Positions 47,268 to 57,320 are shown, counted from the first letter of the stretch. The stretch: DNA of 64,000 nucleotides from Candidatus Poribacteria bacterium (GCA_965208675.1 OZ242351.1:4640001-4704000); one strand, 5' to 3'. Translations and numbers: made by a program. Notes: generated by a model not told the origin, from the letters alone.

Positions 47268-49490
47268 ATGAATCTCATGAAAAAAGCGCTGGCATTCAAT
47301 TTCACTCTCGTGTTCATTTCAGTCTTATTTTTGCAGAACAGTTTCGCTCAAGAATACACGCGATGGGGTTTGCCCGAAGGTGCCATAGCGCGCTTGGGTA
47401 AAGGTAGTATAAGCGATATACAGTATTCGCCCGACGGCACTCGTCTCGCGGTGGCTGGTAGTATCGGCATTTGGGTTTACGATACGGTGACGCATCAGGA
47501 GTCCGCACTGTTCACCGGACATACGTCCGGGGTTCATAGCGTTGCATTCAGTCCCAATGGTGGTATCATTGCCAGTGGTTACGGTGACGGCACCATCCGT
47601 CTACGGGAAGCAGATACCGGAAAACTCCAGCGTACGCTTACTGGGCATACATCTGGGATTAGCAGTGTTGCTTTTAGCCCGGATGGGGCCACCATAGCTA
47701 GCGGCAGTTGGGATTCTACAATTCGGATGTGGAATGCCATTACGGGGGAACATGTGCGCACGCTCAGCGGGCATACAAAATCGGTTTGGTGCGTTACGTT
47801 CAGTCCCGATGGGCGCAGCGTCGCTAGTGGGAGTTGGGACGCTACCATCCGACTGTGGGATACAAATACGGGCGAACACCTACGCACGCTTACCGGGCAT
47901 TCGGATTCGGTCAATAGTGTCGTGTTCAGTTACGATTCACAGACGATCACCAGTTGGGGTTGGGACAAAACCATCCGGGTGTGGGACGCCAATACGGGTA
48001 AACACCTACGAAAGCTAAAGGGGCCTTCTGGGTACGGAAGCGTTACGTTCAGTCCCGACGGACGCAGGCTTGTAAGTGGGCATTGGGACGGTACAATCGG
48101 TTTGTGGAACGCCGGTACGGGAGCGCACCTGGGCACGGTCACCGGGCATTCATCTGGGGTGGAAAGCGTTGCGTTCGGTCCCGATGGACGCACAATCGCA
48201 AGTGAGACTTGGGACTCTGCCATTTTGCTTTGGGACAGCAATACAGGAAATCCCGTCGGCGAACTTACCGGATACACGGATTTGGTCTTCAGCGTTGCGT
48301 TTAGTCCTGACGGCGGCACGCTCGCCAGTGGGAGTCGGGACGCCGCGGTCAGACTGTGGCAAGCCGATACGGGAAGACACCTGCGCACGCTCACCGGCCA
48401 TACGACTGAGGTTTGGAGTGTTGCGTTCAGTCCAGATGGCAGTATGATTGCTAGCGGGAGTTGGGACCATACCATCCGTCTGTGGCAGACAGAATCGGGA
48501 GAGCATGTGCTCACGCTTGGAGGAGATACGAGTCAGGTCTGGTGCGTTGCGTTCAGTCCGGATGGCAGCACGATTGCTAGCGGGGGTTGGGACCACGCCG
48601 TCCGTCTGTGGCAAGCCGATACGGGAAGACACCTGCGTACGTTCACCGGTCATGCGTCTGAGGTTTTAAGTGTTGCATTCAGTCCCGACGGCGGCACGCT
48701 TGCCAGTGGGAGTCAGGACGCCACGGTTCGCCTGTGGCAAGCTGATACGGGAAAACACCAACGCACGCTCACAGGGCATGCGGATTCAGTCAATAGTGTT
48801 GCATTCAGTCCTGACGGCGGTATCATCGCTAGCGGAAGTAGGGACAGTACCGTCCGTCTGTGGAACGCCGGTACGGGTAAACTCCTGCGTACGCTCGCCG
48901 GACATACGAGTTCGGTTTTGAGTGTAGCGTTCAGTCCCGATGGCGGTACCATCGCTAGCGGGAGTGCGAGTCGGGACAATACTATCCGACTATGGCGGAC
49001 CGATTCCGGAAACCACCTACAATCGTTCACCGGACATGCGTACGGCGTCTGGAGCATTGCGTTCAGTCCCAATGGGGACACACTCGCTAGCGCGAGTACG
49101 GACGGCACCGTGTTGCTGTGGAAACTTGCCTCTTCAACCGGTATAGGGGTTGGGGTGGAATTGTCCGCACGACGTGCAACCACGCTAGGGAACATCAAAC
49201 GAACCGCTTTGCTACAGAATTTTCCCAATCCATTTAACCCCGAGACGTGGATACCGTACCAGTTGGCGGAAGGTTCTCCGGCGGCATTAACCATCTATGA
49301 CCAGAGCGGGCGAGTCGTGCGTACGCTTAATCTTGGATATCAGATATCAGGCAGCTACGAGAGTCGAGATAAGGCGGCGTATTGGGACGGACGCAACGAG
49401 GCTGGGGAAATGGTCACAAGCGGCGCATATTTCTACCAACTTCGTGCAGGCGATTTTACATCGTTACGGCGAATGATAATTCTCAAGTAG
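47268..49490 (+). CDS. Secreted WD40-repeat protein (14 repeats) with C-terminal FlgD-Ig/T9SS-CTD-like domain
   Basis: Signal peptide; GHTxxVxSVAFSPDGxxxASGSxDxTxRLW repeats; QNFPNPFNPETWIPYQL...WDGRN..GE.V.SG.YFYQL. Confidence 0.93.
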   Translation: MNLMKKALAFNFTLVFISVLFLQNSFAQEYTRWGLPEGAIARLGKGSISDIQYSPDGTRLAVAGSIGIWVYDTVTHQESALFTGHTSGVHSVAFSPNGGIIASGYGDGTIRLREADTGKLQRTLTGHTSGISSVAFSPDGATIASGSWDSTIRMWNAITGEHVRTLSGHTKSVWCVTFSPDGRSVASGSWDATIRLWDTNTGEHLRTLTGHSDSVNSVVFSYDSQTITSWGWDKTIRVWDANTGKHLRKLKGPSGYGSVTFSPDGRRLVSGHWDGTIGLWNAGTGAHLGTVTGHSSGVESVAFGPDGRTIASETWDSAILLWDSNTGNPVGELTGYTDLVFSVAFSPDGGTLASGSRDAAVRLWQADTGRHLRTLTGHTTEVWSVAFSPDGSMIASGSWDHTIRLWQTESGEHVLTLGGDTSQVWCVAFSPDGSTIASGGWDHAVRLWQADTGRHLRTFTGHASEVLSVAFSPDGGTLASGSQDATVRLWQADTGKHQRTLTGHADSVNSVAFSPDGGIIASGSRDSTVRLWNAGTGKLLRTLAGHTSSVLSVAFSPDGGTIASGSASRDNTIRLWRTDSGNHLQSFTGHAYGVWSIAFSPNGDTLASASTDGTVLLWKLASSTGIGVGVELSARRATTLGNIKRTALLQNFPNPFNPETWIPYQLAEGSPAALTIYDQSGRVVRTLNLGYQISGSYESRDKAAYWDGRNEAGEMVTSGAYFYQLRAGDFTSLRRMIILK

Positions 49491-49511
49491 TAGCAAACGA
49501 CCAAATGGCGT

Positions 49512-50447
49512 TCATGGCTGGTCAATGACTCTATGATTCTTAAACACTTTGAAATTATCGAATTTTGTGCCTTTGTACGATGCTCCTCCTTTTATTGTCC
49601 AGACACCCGCTTGACCACTTTGGTAGCGCTCCGGGGAGTGATCTGAGGCTTCCAACAACCATGTGCCCGGTTCGGATTCGCCTTTCGGCCAGACTTTGCC
49701 CTTCAGATAGGTGTACGCATCGTGGGTCGTAACCTCAAACTGAAAAATATACCAACGGTTATCTTCGAGATGTAGGTCTATCTCGTTCAAATAGATATTT
49801 CCGTACCTACCCTGCTCAATGGGTACGCGTTTGGCAATTTGGAGTTTTCTGTGAACATCGGACGTTCGGAGCCTGTAGTTCTCAACGGTTGAGTTCCAAT
49901 AGGCAAACACGCCGGCATCGCCGGAATGATTAATGCGGAGCTCCGCCTGAACGACGTAACTGGTCCAATCCTTTTCCCCGACTAGCGCGGCGCTATTTGG
50001 TGCGTTTCTATTCGACTGTTCCAATACACGGCTGCCCGAGGTAGAAATGCCCCATCTCCCGCCGGAAGGGAAGTTCCAGTCGTTCTGATCCTCCACATTT
50101 GTCTTGCTTTCAAAGTTGTCCTCAAACAGTGTTTCGCGGCGAATACCGCGTAGTTGAGATAGTTTCTTTTCGAGCGTATCGACCCTCGCTTCAAGTTTTT
50201 CCTTTTGCTGGACTTTTACCAGTAACTGCGTTTTCTCGGGGATGACTATCTTTTGTTGTGCCTTAATTACGTCAGGATTAGAGATGCTGTTATACTTGGC
50301 GAGTTGCGGCCATAACGAGGCATCCTGTAGTTTCTCTTTTGCTATTTTTTCGAGTGTATCGCCTTTCTGGACGGTGTAGAGGTCTTCCTCTGCTATCACG
50401 ATACTACAGCACAGTGTAACCGTTAAAACCACGCCTAGAAACTTCAT
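49512..50447 (-). CDS. Secreted LysM protein with coiled coil and DUF1080/ConA-like beta-sandwich
   Basis: YTVQKGDTLEKIA...W..LAKYN.I.NPD.I; LFEDNFE, WTSYVVQA, G.AGV, FDNFKV. Confidence 0.85.
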   Translation of the reverse strand: MKFLGVVLTVTLCCSIVIAEEDLYTVQKGDTLEKIAKEKLQDASLWPQLAKYNSISNPDVIKAQQKIVIPEKTQLLVKVQQKEKLEARVDTLEKKLSQLRGIRRETLFEDNFESKTNVEDQNDWNFPSGGRWGISTSGSRVLEQSNRNAPNSAALVGEKDWTSYVVQAELRINHSGDAGVFAYWNSTVENYRLRTSDVHRKLQIAKRVPIEQGRYGNIYLNEIDLHLEDNRWYIFQFEVTTHDAYTYLKGKVWPKGESEPGTWLLEASDHSPERYQSGQAGVWTIKGGASYKGTKFDNFKVFKNHRVIDQP

Positions 50448-50754
50448 GATTTAGTCTCCTATTGAGTTCATGAGTTGTTCGTGCGTAAGAGAGCAACCGA
50501 TTTTTCGAGAAAAAATTTGGTTACGCCGACAAGGGAACGTTGAAATTGTACCCGATTGGGCGGGGAAAGGGCAAACAAGAAATGAAACATTCGACATGAA
50601 TCGAAACCGCGAATTGAAAAAGTTCGTTTTTGGCAGAGGCAGACGCTATGAAATTCGAACTGGGTGAGGACTAGTCTAAAAGAGTCTAATTTCAACATTT
50701 CGACAACAGGAAAGGGAGTTTTGCTGAACGAGAAGTTCAGCAGAACATGAGAAT

Positions 50755-51417
50755 ATGAAGCGCATATTAGAACCGGAGGTAATGGACACACGTGAAGAAG
50801 CCGAGGCGTATGATGCGATGGATCACGGTGAAGTTAATGACTTATTTGTAGGGCGTATCATTGAACTTGGCGCATGTGATGGGAATTTCCTGGATCTTGG
50901 GACGGGAACGGCGGACATTCCCATCTTGTTAGCCCAACGCCTGCCGAAGATTCAGATTGTTGGGATTGACCTTTCGCTGAACATGTTGAAGTTGGGGGAG
51001 GCGCACGTTGCCAAAGCCGGGTTAGCCGATCGAATCGCGTTGGAGTGTGTTGATGCAAAATCCCTCCCGTATCCCGACCAATCGTTCGACGGTGTCATCT
51101 CCAATAGCATTATCCACCACATTCCTGATCCGATGCCGGCGCTACGGGAAATTAGCCGGACTGTCCGCTGCGGCGGGTTAATTATGATTCGAGATTTGAT
51201 ACGTCCAGAAACCCCAGAAGCGGCTCAAACATTAGTAGACCAATATGCAGCAGATGATACACCTTACCAGAAAAACCTGCTTTATAACTCCTTCCGCGCC
51301 GCGTTCACAATTCCTGAGGTTGAAGCGATGCACGCGCAAGTGAATTTGCCCGATGCCGTTGTGGTTCAAAGTTCGGATCGCCACTGGTCTATAGAGCGGA
51401 GTATTGACCGGAATTGA
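50755..51417 (+). CDS. Class I SAM-dependent methyltransferase
   Basis: RILEPEVMD, LDLGTGTA, GIDLS..ML, DAKSLPY, SNSIIHH. Confidence 0.9.
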   Translation: MKRILEPEVMDTREEAEAYDAMDHGEVNDLFVGRIIELGACDGNFLDLGTGTADIPILLAQRLPKIQIVGIDLSLNMLKLGEAHVAKAGLADRIALECVDAKSLPYPDQSFDGVISNSIIHHIPDPMPALREISRTVRCGGLIMIRDLIRPETPEAAQTLVDQYAADDTPYQKNLLYNSFRAAFTIPEVEAMHAQVNLPDAVVVQSSDRHWSIERSIDRN

Positions 51418-51427
51418 TTAATGGCAA

Positions 51428-52699
51428 TCACTCCGATGAAGATGTAACCTCTTCATCAATATCCATCAGGCGATTGTATTTTACAACGCGTTCGCCCCGT
51501 GATGGACCTACCTTAACAAAATCTGCGCCCACGGCTGCAGCGAGGTCGATAATAAACGTGTCAGTGGTTTCACCGCCGCCTCGATGGGATACAATAACTT
51601 TCAGTCCGTGCTCCTTTGCTAGTGTTACCGCTTCGACGGTCTCAGTGAGTGTCCCAACCTGGTTTGGCTTAATCAGGATGGCGTTGATCGCCTTTAGGTC
51701 GATGGCTTTTTGCAGGCGAGTCACGTTAGTTGTGGTGAGATCATCACCGACGTTTATCACGCTCTGCCCTACGCGTTCGTTAAGCAGCGTCCATGAATCC
51801 CAATCGTCCTCTCCAAGGCCGTCTTCAATCGAAAATACCGGAAATTCGCGCACGCATTCTTCATAATAGCGGATGAGCTGTTCAGCGGAGAGGTTTCTGT
51901 TATCCCGTTCGAGGCGGTAAGAACCGTCGCTGTAGAATTCTGACGCAGCAGGGTCGAGCGCTATGGCGACCTCATCCATCGGCTCATAACCGGCATCGAC
52001 AATCGCCTTTTGGATGTAGATTAAGGGCTCCTTATTCGACGGGATGCCGGCAGGGGCGTAGGCACCTTCCAATCCTACATTTATGGGGTACCCGTGGGCT
52101 TTGAGCACTTTTCCGAGCGTATGGTAGATTTCGATACCGGCTCGCACCGCGTCACGGGAATCCATATCTGCGCGAATGCCTACCATATATTCCTGCAAAT
52201 CTGTAGAATCGTCCGCGTGACACCCGCCTTCAATGACGACCATCATGGGTTTCGGCAGAGACGGGTTTTCGCCTGCCAAACTGTATGTTTCCCGGATATA
52301 CTGATAAAGCGGTAAAGCCCGCGCGGTGCACGCGGCCCGGGCGCATGCGAGTGAAACGCTGAGAATAGAGTTACCCCCAATATTTTCCCTTCGCGGCGTT
52401 TTATCCAAAGCAATTAACCGGCCATCAATGTCTTTCTGGTCGAACACGTCCGTACCGGCAATTTCTGGCGCAATCACGTTATTTACATTGTGGGTTGACT
52501 TGAGCATTCCGCGGCCGCCGTACCGCGCCGGATCGCCGTCTAACAAGGTAAGGGCTTCGTATCTCCCTGCTGAAGAACCGAACGGGACGGATGCGATACC
52601 AGTGATTCCGCTTTCTAGCGTCACAATAGTCTCAATCGTGGGGTATGCGCCGCTGCTCAGAATCTCTCGTGCTCGAATGGTTTTAATTTTTGCGTTCAA
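51428..52699 (-). CDS. eno: Enolase (divergent)
   Basis: AREIL, GGNSILSVSLA, GG.HA, QEY, ALDPAASEF, IEDG, VGDDL, LIKPNQVGTLTE, SHR, ERV.KYNRL. TTG at 52699 is preferred as start. Confidence 0.85.
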   Translation of the reverse strand: MNAKIKTIRAREILSSGAYPTIETIVTLESGITGIASVPFGSSAGRYEALTLLDGDPARYGGRGMLKSTHNVNNVIAPEIAGTDVFDQKDIDGRLIALDKTPRRENIGGNSILSVSLACARAACTARALPLYQYIRETYSLAGENPSLPKPMMVVIEGGCHADDSTDLQEYMVGIRADMDSRDAVRAGIEIYHTLGKVLKAHGYPINVGLEGAYAPAGIPSNKEPLIYIQKAIVDAGYEPMDEVAIALDPAASEFYSDGSYRLERDNRNLSAEQLIRYYEECVREFPVFSIEDGLGEDDWDSWTLLNERVGQSVINVGDDLTTTNVTRLQKAIDLKAINAILIKPNQVGTLTETVEAVTLAKEHGLKVIVSHRGGGETTDTFIIDLAAAVGADFVKVGPSRGERVVKYNRLMDIDEEVTSSSE

Positions 52700-52800
52700 C
52701 CGGGTAATCTGCCTTTCTGGATGTGTGGGGGTGTTCAAGGTTAACCTCAATATTATACCATCATTATGTATTTATGGTGGATTTTACTTACTCCCAATGT

Positions 52801-53145
52801 AAGGTTACGGCACACGGCGTGTGCTTACAACGTTATCGCGGCTGGAAGCCGCTCCCCCAGGGATTACTTGCCCCCAAAGTTTAGACAGCTATGGCGGTCT
52901 GTTAATGGGAAATTTGAGTTGGGGGTAGCACGATTTCACAGGAAGGTTACGGCACACGGAGTGTACCTACTACTTTATCGCGGCTGTAAGGCGCTCCCAC
53001 AGGGATTGCTTGCCTCCAATGTTTAGACAGTTATGGCGGTTTATTTAGGAGTGATTTCAGTTGGGGGTAGTACGTTTTCACAGGAATGTTACGGCAGGCG
53101 GCGTGTGCGTACAACCTTAACGCGGCTGGAAGCCGCTCCCACAGG
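52801..53145. repeat. 142-bp tandem repeat (2.4 copies) built from two REP classes and an IS3-end-like mini element
   Basis: Units start at 52801, 52943 and 53085. Confidence 0.85.
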
Positions 53146-53340
53146 TGAAGCGAATGAAACAACCGAAAGTCATATACTTGGTTAGGACGACGAACCTACC
53201 GCCGTGTACGAATCAACATTGATTTTACTATGGCATAGAACTCGGAATCAATCTGTGCTATAATTACAATATCGTCCAGCAGCGTACTCCGAGCGAAATC
53301 TGCTGGAAATTGGCGCATATAATTCAAAGGGGACGAACGG

Positions 53341-54369
53341 ATGGCAACATCGCGGCGGATTCATGCAGATAGACTTAGGGACTTTTGCACTCAACTCTTT
53401 AAGGCTGTGGGGACACCGCCAAACATTGCGGCGGTAGAGGCTCGAATTCTAGTCAATTCTGACCTCAAAGGACATCTCTCCCACGGTGTCTTTCAGATTC
53501 CCGGTTATATTCAGTCAATAGAAAATAAGGGGTTAGTGCCTGCCGGCACTCCCGAGATTGTACGACAGACAGCGAGCACAGCTTTTGTGGATTCTAAACT
53601 GTGTTGGGGGCACTACGCCGGCGAATGGTGTATGAACCTCGCGATTGAGAAAGCGCGTGCTACAGGCATGGGGTCAGTGAGTATCACAAATTCTCATCAT
53701 ATCGGTAGATTGGGTGAATACGCTGAGCAAGCCGCCGCAGCGGGCTTTGCCTCCCTCCTTGTGACCGGCGGGAAATCAGCAGGCGGCGCAAGTCCGTTTG
53801 GCGGCGCTGAAGGCGCATTAGGCACGAATCCCATTGCGTTCGGTTTTCCAAGTGCAGATGGGAGGCATTTCGTCTCGGATTTTGCGACTACCGAAATCGC
53901 GGGTGCAAAAATCCACATTGCACGTATTAAAGGGACAGAACTTCCACCCGGGTCAATCATTGACAAGCATGGGCATCCGAGTGTTGATCCCGAAGACTTT
54001 TTCGCCGGCGGACGGCTTCTCGTCTTCGGCGGTTACAAGGGGTATGCGATATCCTTGGTGACATGCCTGCTCGGCGGTTTAGCCGGCGTGGTTCCGAATT
54101 CAGGCGATGTTGGGGGAACCTATTTTCAAGCGATTGACATCGGCGCTTTCCAGCCGCTTGAGGATTATCAATCGGCAGTACAGTCATTCCTCAATGATTT
54201 CCGAGCTATCCCGCCGGCGCCGGGATTCTCGGAAGTAATGGTGCCGGGTGACCCGGAACGGAACAAGGAAGCGGAACAGTTGCGCGAAGGGATTGATCTG
54301 CCTGAGAAGATTTGCCAAGAATTGCTGGAATACGCAGAGAAATACAGTGTTACAGCTACACTAGGATAG
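53341..54369 (+). CDS. Ldh_2 family (malate/L-lactate/sulfolactate/ureidoglycolate-type) dehydrogenase
   Basis: SDLKGHLSHG, NSHHIGRLG.Y, GTNPIA, DFATT, GGYKGY, VPGDPE. Confidence 0.9.
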   Translation: MATSRRIHADRLRDFCTQLFKAVGTPPNIAAVEARILVNSDLKGHLSHGVFQIPGYIQSIENKGLVPAGTPEIVRQTASTAFVDSKLCWGHYAGEWCMNLAIEKARATGMGSVSITNSHHIGRLGEYAEQAAAAGFASLLVTGGKSAGGASPFGGAEGALGTNPIAFGFPSADGRHFVSDFATTEIAGAKIHIARIKGTELPPGSIIDKHGHPSVDPEDFFAGGRLLVFGGYKGYAISLVTCLLGGLAGVVPNSGDVGGTYFQAIDIGAFQPLEDYQSAVQSFLNDFRAIPPAPGFSEVMVPGDPERNKEAEQLREGIDLPEKICQELLEYAEKYSVTATLG

Positions 54370-54563
54370 TATGGCACTCGAGGCGTAATATACTCAGGCG
54401 TGGAGCATTCATAGAAATTTGAAGCCTTACCAACGCGAAGGATTTGAGCGAGGAATAGCGCCGCACAGCGCTAGTTCAGTAGGTTTAATTGAGCACGCGG
54501 TAAGATAGGCGGCGACAATATCAAGCTAGGCCGATTCTCCAAAAAACCTAGGGGAGTAACCTC

Positions 54564-55355
54564 ATGACAGAAGAACAGGTCAACTATTTTCGGACATTTG
54601 GGTTTATCCAATTCAAAGATTTTCTTGAGCCGGAAGAGGTAGAAACGCTGTCGGAGGCTTTTGACGAAGCCATGTTGAAAGGACGCAACGGCGCACCGCC
54701 GCCGAAGCCGAATGAGCCGAGGCAACAGATAAATAATAGCATTCCGCCCCATATCTCATTCTTCGACCTCAACCCTGAGGTGTTTTATCCGCTATTGGTC
54801 GATGACCGGTTCGTTGATGTGTTCCGAAACTTGCTTGGCGACGACTTTATCCTTCCCATCAGCGAGGGGATTCTCCATACCGCCGGATCCGACTGGCACC
54901 ACGACAACGTTGCCGAACCGCCTTATTTTACGATGCGGGCTCATATCTATTTGGATCACCTTGGTCCGGAGGATGGCTGCCTCAATGTTATACCGGGCAG
55001 CCATTTCAGTGAGTTCCGGGAAGCGCTTGCCGAGAATATTGGCGGGTTGGGGGTAGGTGCAAAGGATGTGCCGGGCCGGTTCGCGCTCGTGAACGGGCCG
55101 AGGGATGTTATTTTTCTGAATCATAAAACGCACCATTCTGCCTTGAGCGACAGACCCTACCGCCGGTGTATCCATATTAACGCTATCAAACCTAGGCATA
55201 CGGAATCGGTGCCCGAACAGGTTGAGACATTGAAAAACAGCTTGCATGCAAAATATGCGGAAACACGGATTACGGCTGCTGCGGCGTTGAAGCGGATTGG
55301 CACCCCCGAAGCGTTGGCGGCGCTTGAATCACACGAAGAGTCGCCCCTGGATTGA
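54564..55355 (+). CDS. PhyH-family dioxygenase with C-terminal HEAT-like helices (paralog of 38786-39652)
   Basis: WHHD, GCLNVIPGSH, DVIFLNHKTHH; tail ETRITAAAALKRIGTPEA. Confidence 0.88.
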   Translation: MTEEQVNYFRTFGFIQFKDFLEPEEVETLSEAFDEAMLKGRNGAPPPKPNEPRQQINNSIPPHISFFDLNPEVFYPLLVDDRFVDVFRNLLGDDFILPISEGILHTAGSDWHHDNVAEPPYFTMRAHIYLDHLGPEDGCLNVIPGSHFSEFREALAENIGGLGVGAKDVPGRFALVNGPRDVIFLNHKTHHSALSDRPYRRCIHINAIKPRHTESVPEQVETLKNSLHAKYAETRITAAAALKRIGTPEALAALESHEESPLD

Positions 55356-55512
55356 GACTTGGGCGTCTCAATGTGTGGCCGCCTGGTCGCATTGGTGAAA
55401 CAACGCGCCCCCGGTACGATTACGATTTGACCGCATATGCTCTACGGTATCGCGATGCGGCACCTTCGCTAATGGACAAGGTACGAGTATTTCTGATTAA
55501 CTGGAGATTGTG

Positions 55513-56271
55513 ATGGCATCCTCCATACACATTACCGATGCGCAAAAACAGCAGTTTGAGGAAGACGGCTATTTCATTCTAAATAGCGTTATTCCGACTC
55601 ATTTTCTGGAATTGCTTCGAGGCGAATGCCAGACATTCATTGATCAGGCGAACGCCGAAATGGATAAGCAAAACACGGACAGCCTGGGCCTCAACCACCG
55701 GAACAAACGCTATTTTGTCGCCAACTGCTTTAGACAGCAGCCGAAACTTCGTACATTCCTGTTCAGCGATTTGACGGCGGAAATCTGCCGTGCGACGCTT
55801 GGGGATACGGCATACCTTTTCTGGGAACAGTATGTCGTGAAAGGCGCAGACGGCGGCATGAAGTTTGGCTGGCACCAGGATTCAGGGTATGTTGGCTACC
55901 CGGACCACAAGCCGTATTTGACCTGCTGGTGTGCGTTGGACGATATGACGGAGGAAAACGGCACTGCTTACATCATGCCCTTTTCTCGGATCGGGATCCG
56001 CTCGTGGGTTAAACATTTTCATGAAGAAGGCAGCAATGACCGAATCGGGTATTTCGGGGACGATCCCGGAATTCCGGTGATTGCGCCGGCAGGGAGCATT
56101 GCGGTATTTACCAGTATTAACTTTCACCGCAGCGGGCCGAATCGGACTAGCCGATTGCGCCGCACATATTTGGCGCAATATTCCGCCGAGCCGATTCTTA
56201 CTGCGGACGGCGCGAAACTGTGGGGAAACGCGGAGCCGTTGATAGTGGATGGGAAACGGTGCGCGCCGTGA
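55513..56271 (+). CDS. PhyH-family dioxygenase
   Basis: FEEDGY, WHQDSGY, WCALDD.T.ENG, FHRSGPN. Confidence 0.92.
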   Translation: MASSIHITDAQKQQFEEDGYFILNSVIPTHFLELLRGECQTFIDQANAEMDKQNTDSLGLNHRNKRYFVANCFRQQPKLRTFLFSDLTAEICRATLGDTAYLFWEQYVVKGADGGMKFGWHQDSGYVGYPDHKPYLTCWCALDDMTEENGTAYIMPFSRIGIRSWVKHFHEEGSNDRIGYFGDDPGIPVIAPAGSIAVFTSINFHRSGPNRTSRLRRTYLAQYSAEPILTADGAKLWGNAEPLIVDGKRCAP

Positions 56272-56313
56272 GCGGGCAATCACTGGGTTCTAACGCGACG
56301 AAAGGGGGGCGAT

Positions 56314-57237
56314 ATGGCGCCGGAACTCGAATCGAAAATCGATGTCCCGAAGGTTCTTGCCGAGCGGATGGTCAATTCGTTCGTTGAGATGGGCTATCTC
56401 GCCGTTCCGGAGTTGGTTTGCCCCGATGAAATCGAGGAGTTGCGCCGTGATGCTGCCAAACTAGCTCGCGGCGGTTATCCAAACGAAGGTTCAGAATCCT
56501 TACCGGCTGGAAACAGTGATGAAGAGGCGTTGCAAAACATCCTGTGTATCCATCAGCCGCACTTTGTCAGTCCCGTCATGCAGAGGTACGTGAAGCATCC
56601 AAGGATTTGCGGCGCGTTAAGCCAACTTGCGGCGGCGCATCTGCCGTATTGGGACGGGAGCGTGAAGTGCATGCAGTCGATGCTATTCGTCAAACCGGCG
56701 GGGTTTCAAGGACAGGCGTGGCATCAGGACGAGATTTACATTCCGACGCGCGACCGTTCCTTGATTGGCGCATGGATTGCGATGGATGACGCGACCGTCG
56801 AAAACGGATGCTTGTGGGTGCTTCCGGGCTCGCACCGATCGGGTTACCTATACCCGCAGCGGAACCACAACAACCCCGACGAGTTCGATTTTTCTCAAGA
56901 GAGTTACGGTTTCGAAGATTCTGCCGAGATTCCGGTCGAGGTCAAAACCGGAACAGTCGTATTCTTCAACGGTTATCTGTTACACCGTTCCCGAAAGAAC
57001 CGCGGCGACGACTATCGGCGTGTTCTGGTGAATCACTACTGCAATGCGTGGTCGCTGCTTCCGTGGGGTTTGCGAGATGGTGAACACCCCGCAAATGCAG
57101 ATCGGCGCTGTATCGTGCCGGTTGCGGGAGTTGATCCGTATGCGTGGAAGGGTTACGAGGCGCCGCCGCAACGCTTTCATTTGCGTATGTGCAAAGCCGT
57201 CGAGGAAAGGCGGGCGGAACTAGAAGCAATGGAGTAG
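56314..57237 (+). CDS. PhyH-family dioxygenase
   Basis: GQAWHQDE, WIAMDDATVENGCLWVLPGSH, LLHRS..N. Confidence 0.92.
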   Translation: MAPELESKIDVPKVLAERMVNSFVEMGYLAVPELVCPDEIEELRRDAAKLARGGYPNEGSESLPAGNSDEEALQNILCIHQPHFVSPVMQRYVKHPRICGALSQLAAAHLPYWDGSVKCMQSMLFVKPAGFQGQAWHQDEIYIPTRDRSLIGAWIAMDDATVENGCLWVLPGSHRSGYLYPQRNHNNPDEFDFSQESYGFEDSAEIPVEVKTGTVVFFNGYLLHRSRKNRGDDYRRVLVNHYCNAWSLLPWGLRDGEHPANADRRCIVPVAGVDPYAWKGYEAPPQRFHLRMCKAVEERRAELEAME

Positions 57238-57320
57238 AAGGTATTGGATTGAAACCTCCCCAAGTTGTGGACGCACATCCCTCCTTTAGGTACGTTAGTT
57301 CAACTTTGTCCCCAGTTCAA

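Noticed and set aside
47579-49294. Long antisense ORFs over the WD40 gene (also over the TPR, beta-repeat, pheT and eno genes)
   Set aside because: They are shadow frames caused by repeat periodicity and codon bias, with no RBS or independent motifs.
52801-53145. Three repeats with intervening sequence as a mini-CRISPR
   Set aside because: The two intervening segments are homologous to each other, so this is a 142-bp tandem repeat.
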